Shown: one piece after another, positions 50,707 through 61,136 of the stretch | Numbering within the stretch: position 1 is the stretch's first letter | How the letters are laid out: every line of letters begins with the position of its first letter | Source: Chloroflexota bacterium | GTDB taxonomy: Bacteria > Chloroflexota > UBA11872 > VXOZ01 | Reading direction: 5' to 3' | Assembly (NCBI GenBank): GCA_965221905.1 | Contig: OZ244922.1 | Coordinates: 448,001-512,000, forward strand | DNA length: 64,000 bases | Position numbers and translations under genes: made by a program | The notes under the pieces: generated by a model | Seen by the model: the letters and a program-made list of their open reading frames with translations, nothing else | Databases searched by the model: none | Told to the model about the DNA's origin: nothing

Positions 50707-51678
50707 ATGACACTGCGCGAACTCTATGAGACAGCCATCGAAATCGGCCGTGAAGTAGACCCACGAGGGCGGGAAGTCCTCGACCGCCAGCTTGAACAGC
50801 GGCGGCAGGAATTTGCAGCGCTGCCGGATTGGCGCAAGCCGTACTACGACCAAGAGCGCTTCAACAATCCCTACGGCGACGTGCGCATCGTGAACGGGCC
50901 GGAGGACACCGAACTCAATACCATCCTCATGGGCGTAAACATCGGCACGCAGGAGCTCCTGCTGGCGGATAATCTGCGGGGCAGCGGCACGCGGATCGAC
51001 GCTGTCATCTCCCACCATACCAACGGCATCGGGGTACCGGCGGATACACTCATCTATGACACGGTGCCCTATCTCATTGACCTGCTCGAAGGGGCGGGCG
51101 TTGCCCGGGCCGACGCCGAGCCCCACATCACGGATATGATGACCGATCGCTGGAACTACGCCGAGGACTTCAACCGCAACGGCATCGACATGGCGAAACT
51201 GCTGGAGTTTCCGCTGGCGTGCATCCATACGCCCGCGGACTTTCATCACGGCCAGGGTGTGCGGGGCGCAATTGAGAACGCCAATGGAGAAACCGTTGGT
51301 GATGTGGTGGAGGCGCTGCTGGCCCTGCCGGAGTTCCAGGGCGCGGCGCGCATCGGGGCGATACCGCGCATTATGGCAGGTGACGCTAATCAACCCGCGG
51401 GCCGCACCTTCCACCAGGACGGCGGCGGCTGGCTCTTTCCGGTAGAGGTGATGCCCTTGCTGAAAGAGGCCGGTGTCGGCACGTTCGTCACCATCGGCTG
51501 CACATCGGCCCACCAGCGTAAGGCGCAAGAGCTTGGCATGGGCTGGGTACGCATGCCCCACGGCGCTTGCGACAATGTCGGCCTCAATCTTCTGCTCGAT
51601 AAGGTCGAGCAGCGTCTCGGGCCGCTCAACGTCATACCCTGTAACTACTTCGAGCGCATTAAGCGCGCTGGCAACTGA
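50707..51678 (+). CDS. NIF3-like protein, paralogue 2
   Basis: SHH, CIHTPAD, HGACDNVG; colinear with paralogue 1. Confidence 0.8.
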   Translation: MTLRELYETAIEIGREVDPRGREVLDRQLEQRRQEFAALPDWRKPYYDQERFNNPYGDVRIVNGPEDTELNTILMGVNIGTQELLLADNLRGSGTRIDAVISHHTNGIGVPADTLIYDTVPYLIDLLEGAGVARADAEPHITDMMTDRWNYAEDFNRNGIDMAKLLEFPLACIHTPADFHHGQGVRGAIENANGETVGDVVEALLALPEFQGAARIGAIPRIMAGDANQPAGRTFHQDGGGWLFPVEVMPLLKEAGVGTFVTIGCTSAHQRKAQELGMGWVRMPHGACDNVGLNLLLDKVEQRLGPLNVIPCNYFERIKRAGN

Positions 51679-51844
51679 AGTGGGGCGAGGCGTTACAGGC
51701 CGGCGACCTTCTTGCTGCGGCTGCCCTCGCCGGTGGAGTGGATGCCGTTAGGCGGCCTCCGCGGTGGTGAGGTTACCGCGGCGGCTAATGGTGGTCTCCA
51801 CGCCGTCTCCGCTGCGGCGGCTGAGTTGCGGGTGCGACAGCGCG

Positions 51845-52567
51845 TCAGGCGGGTATTTCACGCCTCTGCTCGGCGATGACGAATTTCAGCTTCTTGCTCA
51901 GACTCAACGTCGGAATCGGGTTGATCTTGAGTTTGGAGTTCGCGGGAGACATTTCTAACGTAAAGTAATGCGCGAGCATAAGTAGGTTGACAGTCAGTTG
52001 CAGTTCCACCCACCGGAATCCGAGACAGGTGTGCGTGCCCAGCCCGTACGGGGCATAACCGGGACTGCGATGCTCATTACGCGGAGACTGATAGCGGTCG
52101 ATATCGAAAGAGAACGGATCGGGAAAGACCTTCTCCATGTAATGTGAGGCGGTCTGTGCGATGTAGATGCGAGACCCTTCCGGTATTGCGAAGCCCTCGA
52201 CCGAAAACGAATTCATCACATGACGTACCGACATAGGAATAGTCGGGTAAAGACGCATGACCTCCATTAAGACGCTGTGTGTGACGTCAATAGAGTCTGT
52301 GGTAAAGTCCTTGGGACCCGGGTCGCCGTTCGCAAACAGCGCCTCGGCCTCACCCCGGATTCTGTCGTAGAGTTCAGGGTGGGAAATCAAGGAGTAGAGC
52401 GCGAAGCTAAGCGCATCGCTCACGTACATGCTGGTAATCAGCGGCGCCGCAAGATGAAAACGCAGGTTCGCCTCCGGGAAGAACTGCGGGTCGCTTTCAT
52501 ACAAACTAAGCATGTCATCTGGGAGATCGCGAGGACAACCGGCTCGTTGGGCGGGTGTATGGACACT
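51845..52567 (-). pseudogene. Cytochrome P450, C-terminal half only
   Basis: EVMR (ExxR), GLGTHTCLG heme motif; frame closed upstream by TGA at 52571-52573. Confidence 0.85.
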
Positions 52568-53034
52568 ATCTCAACAGCCGCTTCGACTTCAAGACCACAC
52601 GGTCGATCGCGAAAGTCGCGACCCTCACCCTTGATCTTTCTGCCAACACCCATGTTCATGGGCTGGGCTAGTCGTTCGTGGAGATTCGCGAGCGCTCGAT
52701 CGGCATGGACATGCGTCTGTGGATACTGGCGACACCTATTGATGGCACACTCATTGACGTGTCGCTGGTCGCGCAGGTACAGGAGCTACGTAAACCGAAA
52801 CGGTGGCTTGCGGGCCTGGGGTTTCTCCCGGTGGGGATGCGCGCCCCCTTCATGAGCAAGTTCACCGTGTCTCAACAAAAGCGAGAGGTTTTGCAGGATG
52901 AGGTCATCTGGAGCCGTAAACGGTACCAGTCCCGCCCGCGACTCTGCCGCTCCGACGGGGAGATCATGGCATTTCGACGCTACTGCGCCCAATTCTATCC
53001 CGATTCGAGCGAAAACGGCCGCTCGTCTGCCTGA
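52559..53034 (+). pseudogene. Rieske oxygenase (KshA-like) C-terminal fragment with internal stop
   Basis: GLG*SFVE (TAG at 52669-52671), TPID, QDEVIW..K.Y..RPRLC..DG.I..FRRY..QFY; no Rieske CxH cluster domain. Confidence 0.7.
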
Positions 53035-53256
53035 TTTCGTAGACCCGGATTAGCACCAATCCGGAATGACAGCCACAGCAAAGTCACTTATTGCGGTACA
53101 CTTGTATCGTTCGATAGAGCGATCAGCGTCGCGCAGTGGCGTTTTGCCCGGCCAAGCGCCTGGGCTCTAAGGGTAGCGAGCGGAGGAGAAAACCCCGCAG
53201 GGCGGATTGCGACTGCCGGTCAGCGCCATGCAGAACAGTGAATAAGGAATTGGCCC

Positions 53257-54276
53257 ATGGTAACCTTACGCGACTTGTATGAGACTTCCATCGAAATTGG
53301 GCGAGAGCTCGATCCCAGAGGCCAAGACGCAATCGAGCGCCAACTACAACAGCGTCGCGACGAGTACGCTGCGCTGCCTGCTTGGGAGCAAGCGATCTAC
53401 GACCAAGAGCGCTTCCGCAATCCCTACGGCGACGTGCGCATATCCAACGGCCCGGATGATACCCCCATCCGCACCGCGCTGGTCGGCATCAACATGCACG
53501 TGAAGGAGATGCTGCTTGGGGTGCAACTGGCAGCGGGAGGGAGGCCGTTCGACGCGTACATTTCCCACCATACGAACAGTGTTGGCATTTCCGCCTCCCT
53601 CGTCGCCGACTTCATGGAGGTCAACGTTGACTACCTCGTCTGGGAAGGGGTGCCGGAAGATGAGGCGCACGCCTGCATCTTCGACTTCATGGCGGCACGG
53701 CTGCAAGAACACGAAGACATGCACCGCATCGGGCCCGATACGGCGAAGCTGCTAGGGTATCCGCTGGCCTGCATTCACACGCCGGTTGACTATGCGCATC
53801 GGCAATACATCAACGCGCTCTTTGCCCGCGAAAAGCCGGAGACGGTCGGCGACGTCGTAGAGCTCATGCTGACGATACCGGAGATGCAGGAAGCCGCGCG
53901 CATCGGCGCACTGCCCCGTATCATGACCGGCGATCCGGCGCAGCCCGCCGGACGTATCCACGCGAAGTTTGCCGGTGGCTACGCGTATCCGCCCAGCGCC
54001 TTCCCGCTGCTGGCAAAAGCGGGCGTGAACACCGTGGTGCAGGTTTCGGCGCACCCGGCAACGGTCGCTGCCTGCCGCGAGCACGGCATTGCCGTCGTGC
54101 GCCTGCCCCACTACGCTACCGATAACATCGGCGAGAACCTCCTCCTCGATGAACTTATGCGCCGCCTGGAGCCGTTCGAAGTCATTCCCTGCAACTATTT
54201 CGGCCGGGTCGACCGGGCGGGGGAACTTGCTGAGATGATGGCCGCAGGCCCCATTATCAGGGCACAGGGCAACTGA
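53257..54276 (+). CDS. NIF3-like protein, paralogue 3
   Basis: SHH, CIHTPVD, HYATDNIG; colinear with the other two. Confidence 0.8.
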   Translation: MVTLRDLYETSIEIGRELDPRGQDAIERQLQQRRDEYAALPAWEQAIYDQERFRNPYGDVRISNGPDDTPIRTALVGINMHVKEMLLGVQLAAGGRPFDAYISHHTNSVGISASLVADFMEVNVDYLVWEGVPEDEAHACIFDFMAARLQEHEDMHRIGPDTAKLLGYPLACIHTPVDYAHRQYINALFAREKPETVGDVVELMLTIPEMQEAARIGALPRIMTGDPAQPAGRIHAKFAGGYAYPPSAFPLLAKAGVNTVVQVSAHPATVAACREHGIAVVRLPHYATDNIGENLLLDELMRRLEPFEVIPCNYFGRVDRAGELAEMMAAGPIIRAQGN

Positions 54277-54305
54277 CCTTCAGCCTTTGAGGCAAAAGAT
54301 GAGAG

Positions 54306-54328
54306 AGACCCGCTGTCAGGCGGGTCTT
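54306..54328. terminator. Hairpin between convergent genes, likely terminator
   Basis: AGACCCGC-TGTCAG-GCGGGTCT followed by TCCCTTT. Confidence 0.55.
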
Positions 54329-54372
54329 CCCTTTATGTACTAGTGTGTACAGGGTGTGGAACGTTCGCAGTC

Positions 54373-55878
54373 CTACGGGTTTACGTCGTCGAACACCTCC
54401 GTAATCTCGGCGGGCGGCGGGGGTGTCAGAAGAGTGACAACCACGGCGATGGGGATGGCGATAATGAAGCCCGGGGTGGCCGGTTCAATGTCCATCATTC
54501 CGCCGGGACCACCGGAGAAGTAGCCCCAAATGGAAGCAACCACGGTGCCGGAGATCATCGACGCCATCGCTCCCCAGAAGTTGAAGCGCCGCCAATAGAG
54601 TGCCAGCAGGATAAGGGGGCCGAAGGCAGCGCCCATGCCGCCCCAAGCATAGGAGACAAGGTTGAGCACGGAATCAGGATTGAATATCGAGAGGGCGGCG
54701 GCGACGATGCCAACAACGACCAGCAAGAAGCGACCCAGCCACACCCGCGCAAAAGCGCCGAGCACAAAGATGTACCGTTTGGCGTACGCGTAGCGTCGGA
54801 TCAGTGGTAGGTCGTCAGTTGCCACCGCGGAGGCCAGCAGCAGTTGCGAGTCTGCTGTGCTCATGACGGCGGCTATTACGGCCGACAGCAGGATACCCGC
54901 TAAGATTGGCGGGAAGAAAACAGTAGCGGTAACAAGATAGAGGCGCTCCGGATCAGCGACTACATCATTGAGCCTGCCAACCTCGCCCAGGGCCGGTAAG
55001 GCGACCAGTCCCAGCATGAGGCCAAACGAAAAAATGAGCGCAGCCCAAAGCGTGCCAATGTTGCGGCTGGGCCGAATCCGCTCTTCGCTCTCCACCGCCA
55101 TGAAGCGCTGCAAAACACGCAGCGAGCCAAAGCTGCCCAAGCCCCAGCCGACAGTAGAGAGCAAGAACGTTACGGTGATGCCCTCGCCCGCGGCGTCCGT
55201 AAACGGATTCCAAAATCCGGCTGCCGTACCTTCCAGCCCCTTAAACGGATCGGATGTAAGGAACAGCAATGTAACGGGCAAGATGATGAAACCGGCCAGC
55301 ATGATCGAGGCCTGAAAGACGTCAGTGCGCGATACGGCGAGAAAGCCGCCAATGAAAGTGTAGGAAGCGACAGCGACGAGTGTCACCAGAATGCCCACAA
55401 TGCCTTCGAGGCCGAACACGGTGTTCAGTAGCTTAGAACCGGCGATCAAGCCGGAACTAATGTAGAAGATGATGAAAAAGAGGGCAATTACAGCGGAGAG
55501 CGTTCGCAGCACGCCCCATTTGTCTCCGAAACGCCTTTCAAAGAATTCCGGAAACGTGAGGGAGTTCTCCGCGGCAATAGTATACCGGCGCAACCGCTTG
55601 GCATAGATCGTCCAGGTCAACCAGAAACCCATGACGAGGCTAAATACCGTCCAGAGCTCTATGGCGCCGTTCATGAATGCCAGGGCCGGGAAGACCAGCA
55701 TCGTCCAGCCACTAGTGGAGGACGAGCCGGAACTCAACGCCGAGGTGATGCTGCCCACGCGCCGACCGCCGAGCACATAGTCCGACATCTCCTGCATCTG
55801 GCGGCTGCGAAAGACCGCGATGCCGATGAGCGCCGCAAAATACGCCAAGAAGACGATGAGTACCCATGTGGTCAACAT
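54373..55878 (-). CDS. putP: Sodium:proline symporter (SSS family)
   Basis: DYVLGGR, SGW, GGFLAVSRTD, RFMA, AAVMSTADSQLL, YAWGGMGAAFGP. Confidence 0.88.
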   Translation of the reverse strand: MLTTWVLIVFLAYFAALIGIAVFRSRQMQEMSDYVLGGRRVGSITSALSSGSSSTSGWTMLVFPALAFMNGAIELWTVFSLVMGFWLTWTIYAKRLRRYTIAAENSLTFPEFFERRFGDKWGVLRTLSAVIALFFIIFYISSGLIAGSKLLNTVFGLEGIVGILVTLVAVASYTFIGGFLAVSRTDVFQASIMLAGFIILPVTLLFLTSDPFKGLEGTAAGFWNPFTDAAGEGITVTFLLSTVGWGLGSFGSLRVLQRFMAVESEERIRPSRNIGTLWAALIFSFGLMLGLVALPALGEVGRLNDVVADPERLYLVTATVFFPPILAGILLSAVIAAVMSTADSQLLLASAVATDDLPLIRRYAYAKRYIFVLGAFARVWLGRFLLVVVGIVAAALSIFNPDSVLNLVSYAWGGMGAAFGPLILLALYWRRFNFWGAMASMISGTVVASIWGYFSGGPGGMMDIEPATPGFIIAIPIAVVVTLLTPPPPAEITEVFDDVNP

Positions 55879-56186
55879 GCGCTAGATATCCCTCTCGTGT
55901 TCTCAATTCCGCAGCGTACAGAATACTGTCTACATGAGGGTGTGTCTACCCTCTTGACGCTAAATACCTAGACAGACTAGGAGGAGGTTAATCGCGAGGG
56001 CATTTGGGCTGCACCGCGAAGCCACTTCCATGCGCTCTTTCGTCTTTAACTGTCTGCGGACAGCAAGCCCGGTAATGCAGGGTCTGTAGACGAGACCATC
56101 GTTCCAAGACCATGGACAAGCAACTTGCATACTCCTCTGGTAAACTCAGAAAAACTGCATATCCGTCACCCAGGAGGTAGTCCAAT

Positions 56187-57932
56187 ATGGGCATGCTCAT
56201 TCTCACCCAACCAGGTAGCCGCGCGAATACGTATGGACCGTATACGACTGCGGTACTGAAGGCGGAAGGTTTTGCGGACCTCGACGTGCAGCCAATCGGC
56301 CAGGAGTCTCTGGGGCAGCTCGACTCCTACGACGCGGTGATTCTTACACCCTGTTTGCCAAGGCGTGTCTACGTGGAGCGGCTCGTGTCCTATGTGAAGT
56401 CAGGTGGACGCCTGATCGCGCTGCGGCCTTCGCGGCTGCTGGCGTTGGAATTGGGTCTTGTGCCAACGGAGACCGTTTCCTATCCGGCGTACGTGCGGCC
56501 GCTGCCGGGCAATTCGATAAGCGCCGGCGTGCCGCATGAGTCCGTTCAGACCCATATGCCTTCCAACAACTACGAGCCGCTGCAACTGCCGGAAGGCACG
56601 CGGGAGATCGCCCGAATCTATGTCGATGCCGAAGTCGAAACATCCTATTCCGCTATCCTCCACTTCCCTTTAGGTCAAGGGCAAGTGGTGGTGTTCGGTT
56701 ACGATCTGGCGCAGGCGGTAGCCCTGATTCGCCAGGGCAACCCGGTCCACTACGGCTGGCGCACCCTTGGGTTCGGCGGGCCCTACCGGCCTAACGAGTT
56801 CTTTACCAACCACCTGGATAATCGCCGCATGCACCTGCCGCAGGCCGACATCCACGCCATGCTGCTCGGCAACGCCATCAATGCCATTGCCAGGAACCCG
56901 CAGCCGCGCTTATGGTACTACGCCACACCCGAGACCAAGAGCATGGTAGTGTTGGATTCCGACGACGACTACTCGCCGTTGGAAGCGTTCGAAGCGCTCA
57001 TGAATGCGGCGGAAGCACACGGCGGCCACGTCACTATCTATCTCATGCTCGGCCCTTCGAAGTACACCATCGCGACGCCGGAACGGGTGGAAGGCTGGCG
57101 CGCCCGCGGCCACTCCTTCGGCATCCATCACAACGCGTTCGACCCGCAGTACGTCAATGAAGAACAGGACGCCGTGATGGAAGAGATCGTGCGGCGCGAC
57201 ACCGATTACTTCCGGGAGCACTACGGCGGCGAGACGGTCATCGCCAATCGCAATCACTGCCTCGGCTGGAAGGGGTACGTGGACTTGCCGCGCATTTACG
57301 AGGACGTGGGCGTGGTGCTGGATACCAACGTGCTCAGCATCCACAATCAGTGGCTCCAGTATACAAATGGCTCCGGTCACCCCGGCAAATTTGTTGATAC
57401 CGATGGATCGGTTATCGAGGTCTTCCAGCAACTCACGCAGGCCTATGACGACGCGTCGGTCAAGCCCAAGCTTTCATCGGACCCCATGGGTGAAGCCAAG
57501 CAGACACGCCAGGTGATGGTGGACAAGAAAGAGCGCTACTTCAGTCCGCTCACCATGCTCTCGCATCCCGTTTCGTTCTACACCTATAGCAGCGCCTATC
57601 AGAATCAATGCTGGGACTACGCGAATGAACTGGGACTGCCCATCTGGAGCGCGTTTGAATGGGCGGCATTCGTGCGGGCGCGCGACCGGGCGCAGGTTTC
57701 TCATAGTGCCTGGGATAATGGAAGCTTCTCCTGTAGGGTTTCCGGCAGCTCACCGAATGGCAGCTTTACGCTGATGGTTCCGGTGCAATGTGGCGAGACG
57801 CCGCGTGCATCAGTGGAGGGCAAGGACGTTGACGTAACCTTGCAGGACGCCTACGGCTGGACGTATGCCTTGGTGCCGGTGCCCATCAGTAGCAATGGTG
57901 CGGAGTCGCGGCACGTGGTACTGCAAACATGA
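56187..57932 (+). CDS. Hypothetical protein: GATase-like N-domain plus polysaccharide-deacetylase-like barrel
   Basis: YVKSGGRLI; DSDDD, GHSFGIH, NRNH, LSHP motifs; SD AGGAGG. Confidence 0.65.
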   Translation: MGMLILTQPGSRANTYGPYTTAVLKAEGFADLDVQPIGQESLGQLDSYDAVILTPCLPRRVYVERLVSYVKSGGRLIALRPSRLLALELGLVPTETVSYPAYVRPLPGNSISAGVPHESVQTHMPSNNYEPLQLPEGTREIARIYVDAEVETSYSAILHFPLGQGQVVVFGYDLAQAVALIRQGNPVHYGWRTLGFGGPYRPNEFFTNHLDNRRMHLPQADIHAMLLGNAINAIARNPQPRLWYYATPETKSMVVLDSDDDYSPLEAFEALMNAAEAHGGHVTIYLMLGPSKYTIATPERVEGWRARGHSFGIHHNAFDPQYVNEEQDAVMEEIVRRDTDYFREHYGGETVIANRNHCLGWKGYVDLPRIYEDVGVVLDTNVLSIHNQWLQYTNGSGHPGKFVDTDGSVIEVFQQLTQAYDDASVKPKLSSDPMGEAKQTRQVMVDKKERYFSPLTMLSHPVSFYTYSSAYQNQCWDYANELGLPIWSAFEWAAFVRARDRAQVSHSAWDNGSFSCRVSGSSPNGSFTLMVPVQCGETPRASVEGKDVDVTLQDAYGWTYALVPVPISSNGAESRHVVLQT

Positions 57933-57990
57933 TAGACTCGTCAATGCAGACTAGTAGTTGAACACATTTGTATTGATGAATGGGGTAACG

Positions 57991-58083
57991 GTAGCACAGG
58001 TTTGTAACCTGTGCCCAACCCCTCGGATTGGCGTGATTGCTCCATGTCACGGGAAGATGGCGCAGGTTACAAACCTACGCTAC
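57991..58083. repeat. Family C GTAG REP inverted doublet (REPIN-like)
   Basis: 57991-58014(+) and 58060-58083(-), GTAG outermost. Confidence 0.88.
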
Positions 58084-58165
58084 CCATCAATGCAATCATG
58101 TTGGACTACTCGGCTGCGTAAGTACGTTTATACGCCGAACAGCACACAGTAGCGAGGAGTCTTTA

Positions 58166-59383
58166 ATGGATTTGACGAGAGAAGAACAAGACCTGCTGCA
58201 GAACGCCAAGCGCCAGTTTCCGTTCCCAACACTTGGCGGCTGGTATACCGAAGCGGAAGTGGACGCCCTCAACGCCAGCTTGCGCGAGAGCATGGACTGG
58301 AGAATAGGGTTTCACGGTCCGGAGGTTACGCAATTCGAGCAAGAGTTCGCGGAGTACTGCGACGTTAAGCATGCGCTTGCCGTGAATTCCTGCGGCACCG
58401 GCTTGGACGCGGCTATACATGCCCTCAAACTCGGCCCTGAAGATGAAGTAATCGTGCCCGGTATCACGTTCAAGGCTACGTCGCTCTGCGTCATGGGCGT
58501 GGGCGCCAAAGTGGTGCTGGCGGAGATCGATCCGGCCACGTTCAACATCGATCCGAACGACATCGAACGCTGCATGACGCCCAATACCCGCGCGATCCTG
58601 GCCGTGCACAACAACGGTCTTTCCGCCGATGTGGATGCGTTGGAAGACATCGCCCAGCGGCACCCGCATCCCGTCCACGGCCCGGTGCCCGTTCTCTGCG
58701 ACGCGGCGCGCGCAGTCGGCGCAGGGTACAAGGGTACTAAGGTCGGCAAGGCAGGCGCCATGAACATCTTTAGCTTCCAGACCAGCAAGAACATGACGAC
58801 CCTGGGCGAGGGCGGCATGGTCACGACGGACGATGACGACTATGCCGCGTTCGTGAGCAGTATGCGCTCGTTTGGCAGCACGTTGGACAATTGGGGCACG
58901 AACTTCCGCATGACCAAGCTGCAAGCGGTGGCGGGTTCGGTCCAACTCACGCGCCTGGACGAGATGAACGAGGCGCGGCGGCAGCGCGTGGCCGATTTTG
59001 TCGAGTTGATCGAGGACATCCCCGGCCTGACCCTGCCTATCGAGCCCGAGGGCTACGACCATGTATGGTACGGCTATACGCTGCTGCTCGATGAGGAGTG
59101 GGTCGGCGACCCGCGCGACAAGATGGCCGACCGCCTCATCGGCGAGCACGGCGTGGGCACCTGGATCATGAACGCATCGCTGCCGGACTACCACGGCTTT
59201 ATGGTGAAAATCGGGCACAGGCCGGAAGACGTGCCGGTCTCTACCGACACTGGACGCCGCCTCTTCTGCCCGGCAATCCACCCGCTTATGAGCGATGAAG
59301 ACTTGCGCTATGTGGCGGCGGCTATCAAGGAGAGCATGAACACAGTGGCTGCGGACATGCGCCTGCCGGTTGCAGTGGGCTAA
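58166..59383 (+). CDS. DegT/DnrJ/EryC1/StrS PLP-dependent aminotransferase
   Basis: FEQEFA, NSCGT, DAA, FSFQTSKNMTTLGEGGM, NFRM; ATG at 58166 after GAGGAG. Confidence 0.93.
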   Translation: MDLTREEQDLLQNAKRQFPFPTLGGWYTEAEVDALNASLRESMDWRIGFHGPEVTQFEQEFAEYCDVKHALAVNSCGTGLDAAIHALKLGPEDEVIVPGITFKATSLCVMGVGAKVVLAEIDPATFNIDPNDIERCMTPNTRAILAVHNNGLSADVDALEDIAQRHPHPVHGPVPVLCDAARAVGAGYKGTKVGKAGAMNIFSFQTSKNMTTLGEGGMVTTDDDDYAAFVSSMRSFGSTLDNWGTNFRMTKLQAVAGSVQLTRLDEMNEARRQRVADFVELIEDIPGLTLPIEPEGYDHVWYGYTLLLDEEWVGDPRDKMADRLIGEHGVGTWIMNASLPDYHGFMVKIGHRPEDVPVSTDTGRRLFCPAIHPLMSDEDLRYVAAAIKESMNTVAADMRLPVAVG

Positions 59384-59555
59384 CTGGACTACGGCAGGGC
59401 TCATGGTCAAGATTCTGACGCACTGCGGTGGAGTTTGATGTCTCTTAGGTTTTTTAGGGACCTATCAGAACGATATGCGGCGAGTCCGTTGTCGCAGCTA
59501 AGTTGGCATGTTCGGCGGGTCGCGTGGCGACATGCGTCCGAAACAGACATAGAAA

Positions 59556-59750
59556 GTGAGAGTGCCGCCTGTGTCTACCGATAGTGATCCAGAGCTTGGC
59601 GCTTTGTGTGCCGAAATCAGGGATGACTTCGCTGGCTTGCGCGCTGATTTGTGGGCCATGGAGCGGCGCATGACTCTGCGGCTGGGCGGGCTCTATGTGG
59701 TGGGTGTAGTATTGCTCGCCGTACTAAAACTCATAGATCGAGTGGGCTAG
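59556..59750 (+). CDS. Small DUF1640-like coiled-coil/TM protein (short or partial)
   Basis: LRADL..MERRMTLRLGG plus hydrophobic tail, similar to 12408-12641. Confidence 0.5.
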   Translation: MRVPPVSTDSDPELGALCAEIRDDFAGLRADLWAMERRMTLRLGGLYVVGVVLLAVLKLIDRVG

Positions 59751-59836
59751 AAGATCATGCGTGGAGCTTGCGCCTCATGGCCTGAAACACGCATGTGATC
59801 TAGAACCGGAGCACTAATAGAGGAAGCATTCTACTA

Positions 59837-60949
59837 ATGAAGAAAACGATCGTTCACCCGCTGCGGTTTGTCGTGGGACCGGGTGTGGTTGGAGATGTCG
59901 GAGCGCATGCCGCGGCGCTGGGCACCAAAGCGTTCATTGTCGGCGGCGGTAGAGCTGTTGCGGCCATTAAGGACACCGTTACCGGCGCGCTCGACGAACA
60001 CGGCATTCCGTATCACATCGAGCACGGTAAGCACGTCGATAAGAAGCGCCCGGAAGTGGATGCGCTGGTGGCGAAGGGCAGGGCGCAAGGCGCGGATGTT
60101 GTCATCGCGGCGGGCGGCGGGCGTGTGGTAGACGCGGCCAAGGCCATAGCACACGAGATGGGCGCGTGGCTCATCAGCGTACCGACCGTCGCATCCACCA
60201 ATGCGACGGCAACCTTTAGTGCTAGTATCGAAGGCGATGCCGATCGCAACGTGTGGTACGTCGGGCCGCACACGGTGATTGCCGACACCCGCATCATTGC
60301 CCAAGGCGGGGGCCGCTGGCTGGCGGCCGGCATGGCCGATGCGCTACCGACGTGGACGGGCGGTCGCATCGGGCGCGAACTTCGCCTACGCAGCGGTACT
60401 GAACGCATTCTCGGCTTCGATAATGTCTTCCCCACCGGCGCGGCCGTCGCAATTGCGGAATGGACCTACGACACGATTCTGGGTTACGGCGAATCGGCGT
60501 ACCATGCGTGCGAGCGGGGTGCTGCGACTGAAGCGGTTGACAAGGTTGTTGAAGCGATAGTCTACGGCGGCGGTGTGGCCGGCCCGGCGTGCGGCGGGGT
60601 GGGCGGTGAGCACGGTGTGCATCCCGGGAAATCGAAACACGCCACCATCGAGAGGGTGCACGGCGAAGAGGTGGCATTCGGTGTTCTGGTTGCGGTGGCG
60701 CTCATGCAGCAGGGCGAGGCTGAGGTGCGCAAGCTGATACGTTTCAATCAGTCCGTCAAACTGCCCTCTACATTCGCCGACTTTGGCGTGCAGAACGCGT
60801 CGCGTAGCCTTGTGCGTGAGATTGCGGAAGAAATCCTCGGTCCGGGCGGCAAGAGTACCTTTGGCCTCTGGTACGACGTGGACGTAGACTTGCTCACCGA
60901 CGTGATGGTGGACGTTGACCGCATGGCGCAAGAGGAGCAGGGCCGATAG
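59837..60949 (+). CDS. Glycerol dehydrogenase-like (Fe/Zn-ADH, DHQ-synthase fold) oxidoreductase
   Basis: GGGRVVDAAK, VPTVAST, AGMADAL, HGVH, HGEEVA. Confidence 0.85.
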   Translation: MKKTIVHPLRFVVGPGVVGDVGAHAAALGTKAFIVGGGRAVAAIKDTVTGALDEHGIPYHIEHGKHVDKKRPEVDALVAKGRAQGADVVIAAGGGRVVDAAKAIAHEMGAWLISVPTVASTNATATFSASIEGDADRNVWYVGPHTVIADTRIIAQGGGRWLAAGMADALPTWTGGRIGRELRLRSGTERILGFDNVFPTGAAVAIAEWTYDTILGYGESAYHACERGAATEAVDKVVEAIVYGGGVAGPACGGVGGEHGVHPGKSKHATIERVHGEEVAFGVLVAVALMQQGEAEVRKLIRFNQSVKLPSTFADFGVQNASRSLVREIAEEILGPGGKSTFGLWYDVDVDLLTDVMVDVDRMAQEEQGR

Positions 60950-61136
60950 CTAGTGTCCTCGGCTACCTCGTAGCGGTGGCATTTCAAGAACCCGAACGCC
61001 GATTCGTAAGGGTAGGGTGGGGCCTTGTGCCCCACCATTTCAGGGAAGCGACGAACAGACACCGGTGCTGTGCTTTGCACTGGAATCCTATGAGAGAGAA
61101 TAGTCAGTCGCAGCAGGACGTAAAGGAACGAGATTC

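Noticed and set aside
52669-52671. TAG as pyrrolysine or readthrough codon
   Set aside because: The gene is already 5'-truncated, TAG is used as a normal stop in many genes here, and no pyl genes were seen
53045-53075. CIRCE element (TTAGCAC..)
   Set aside because: No GAGTGCTAA arm; the sequence is a CGTC-type REP hairpin variant
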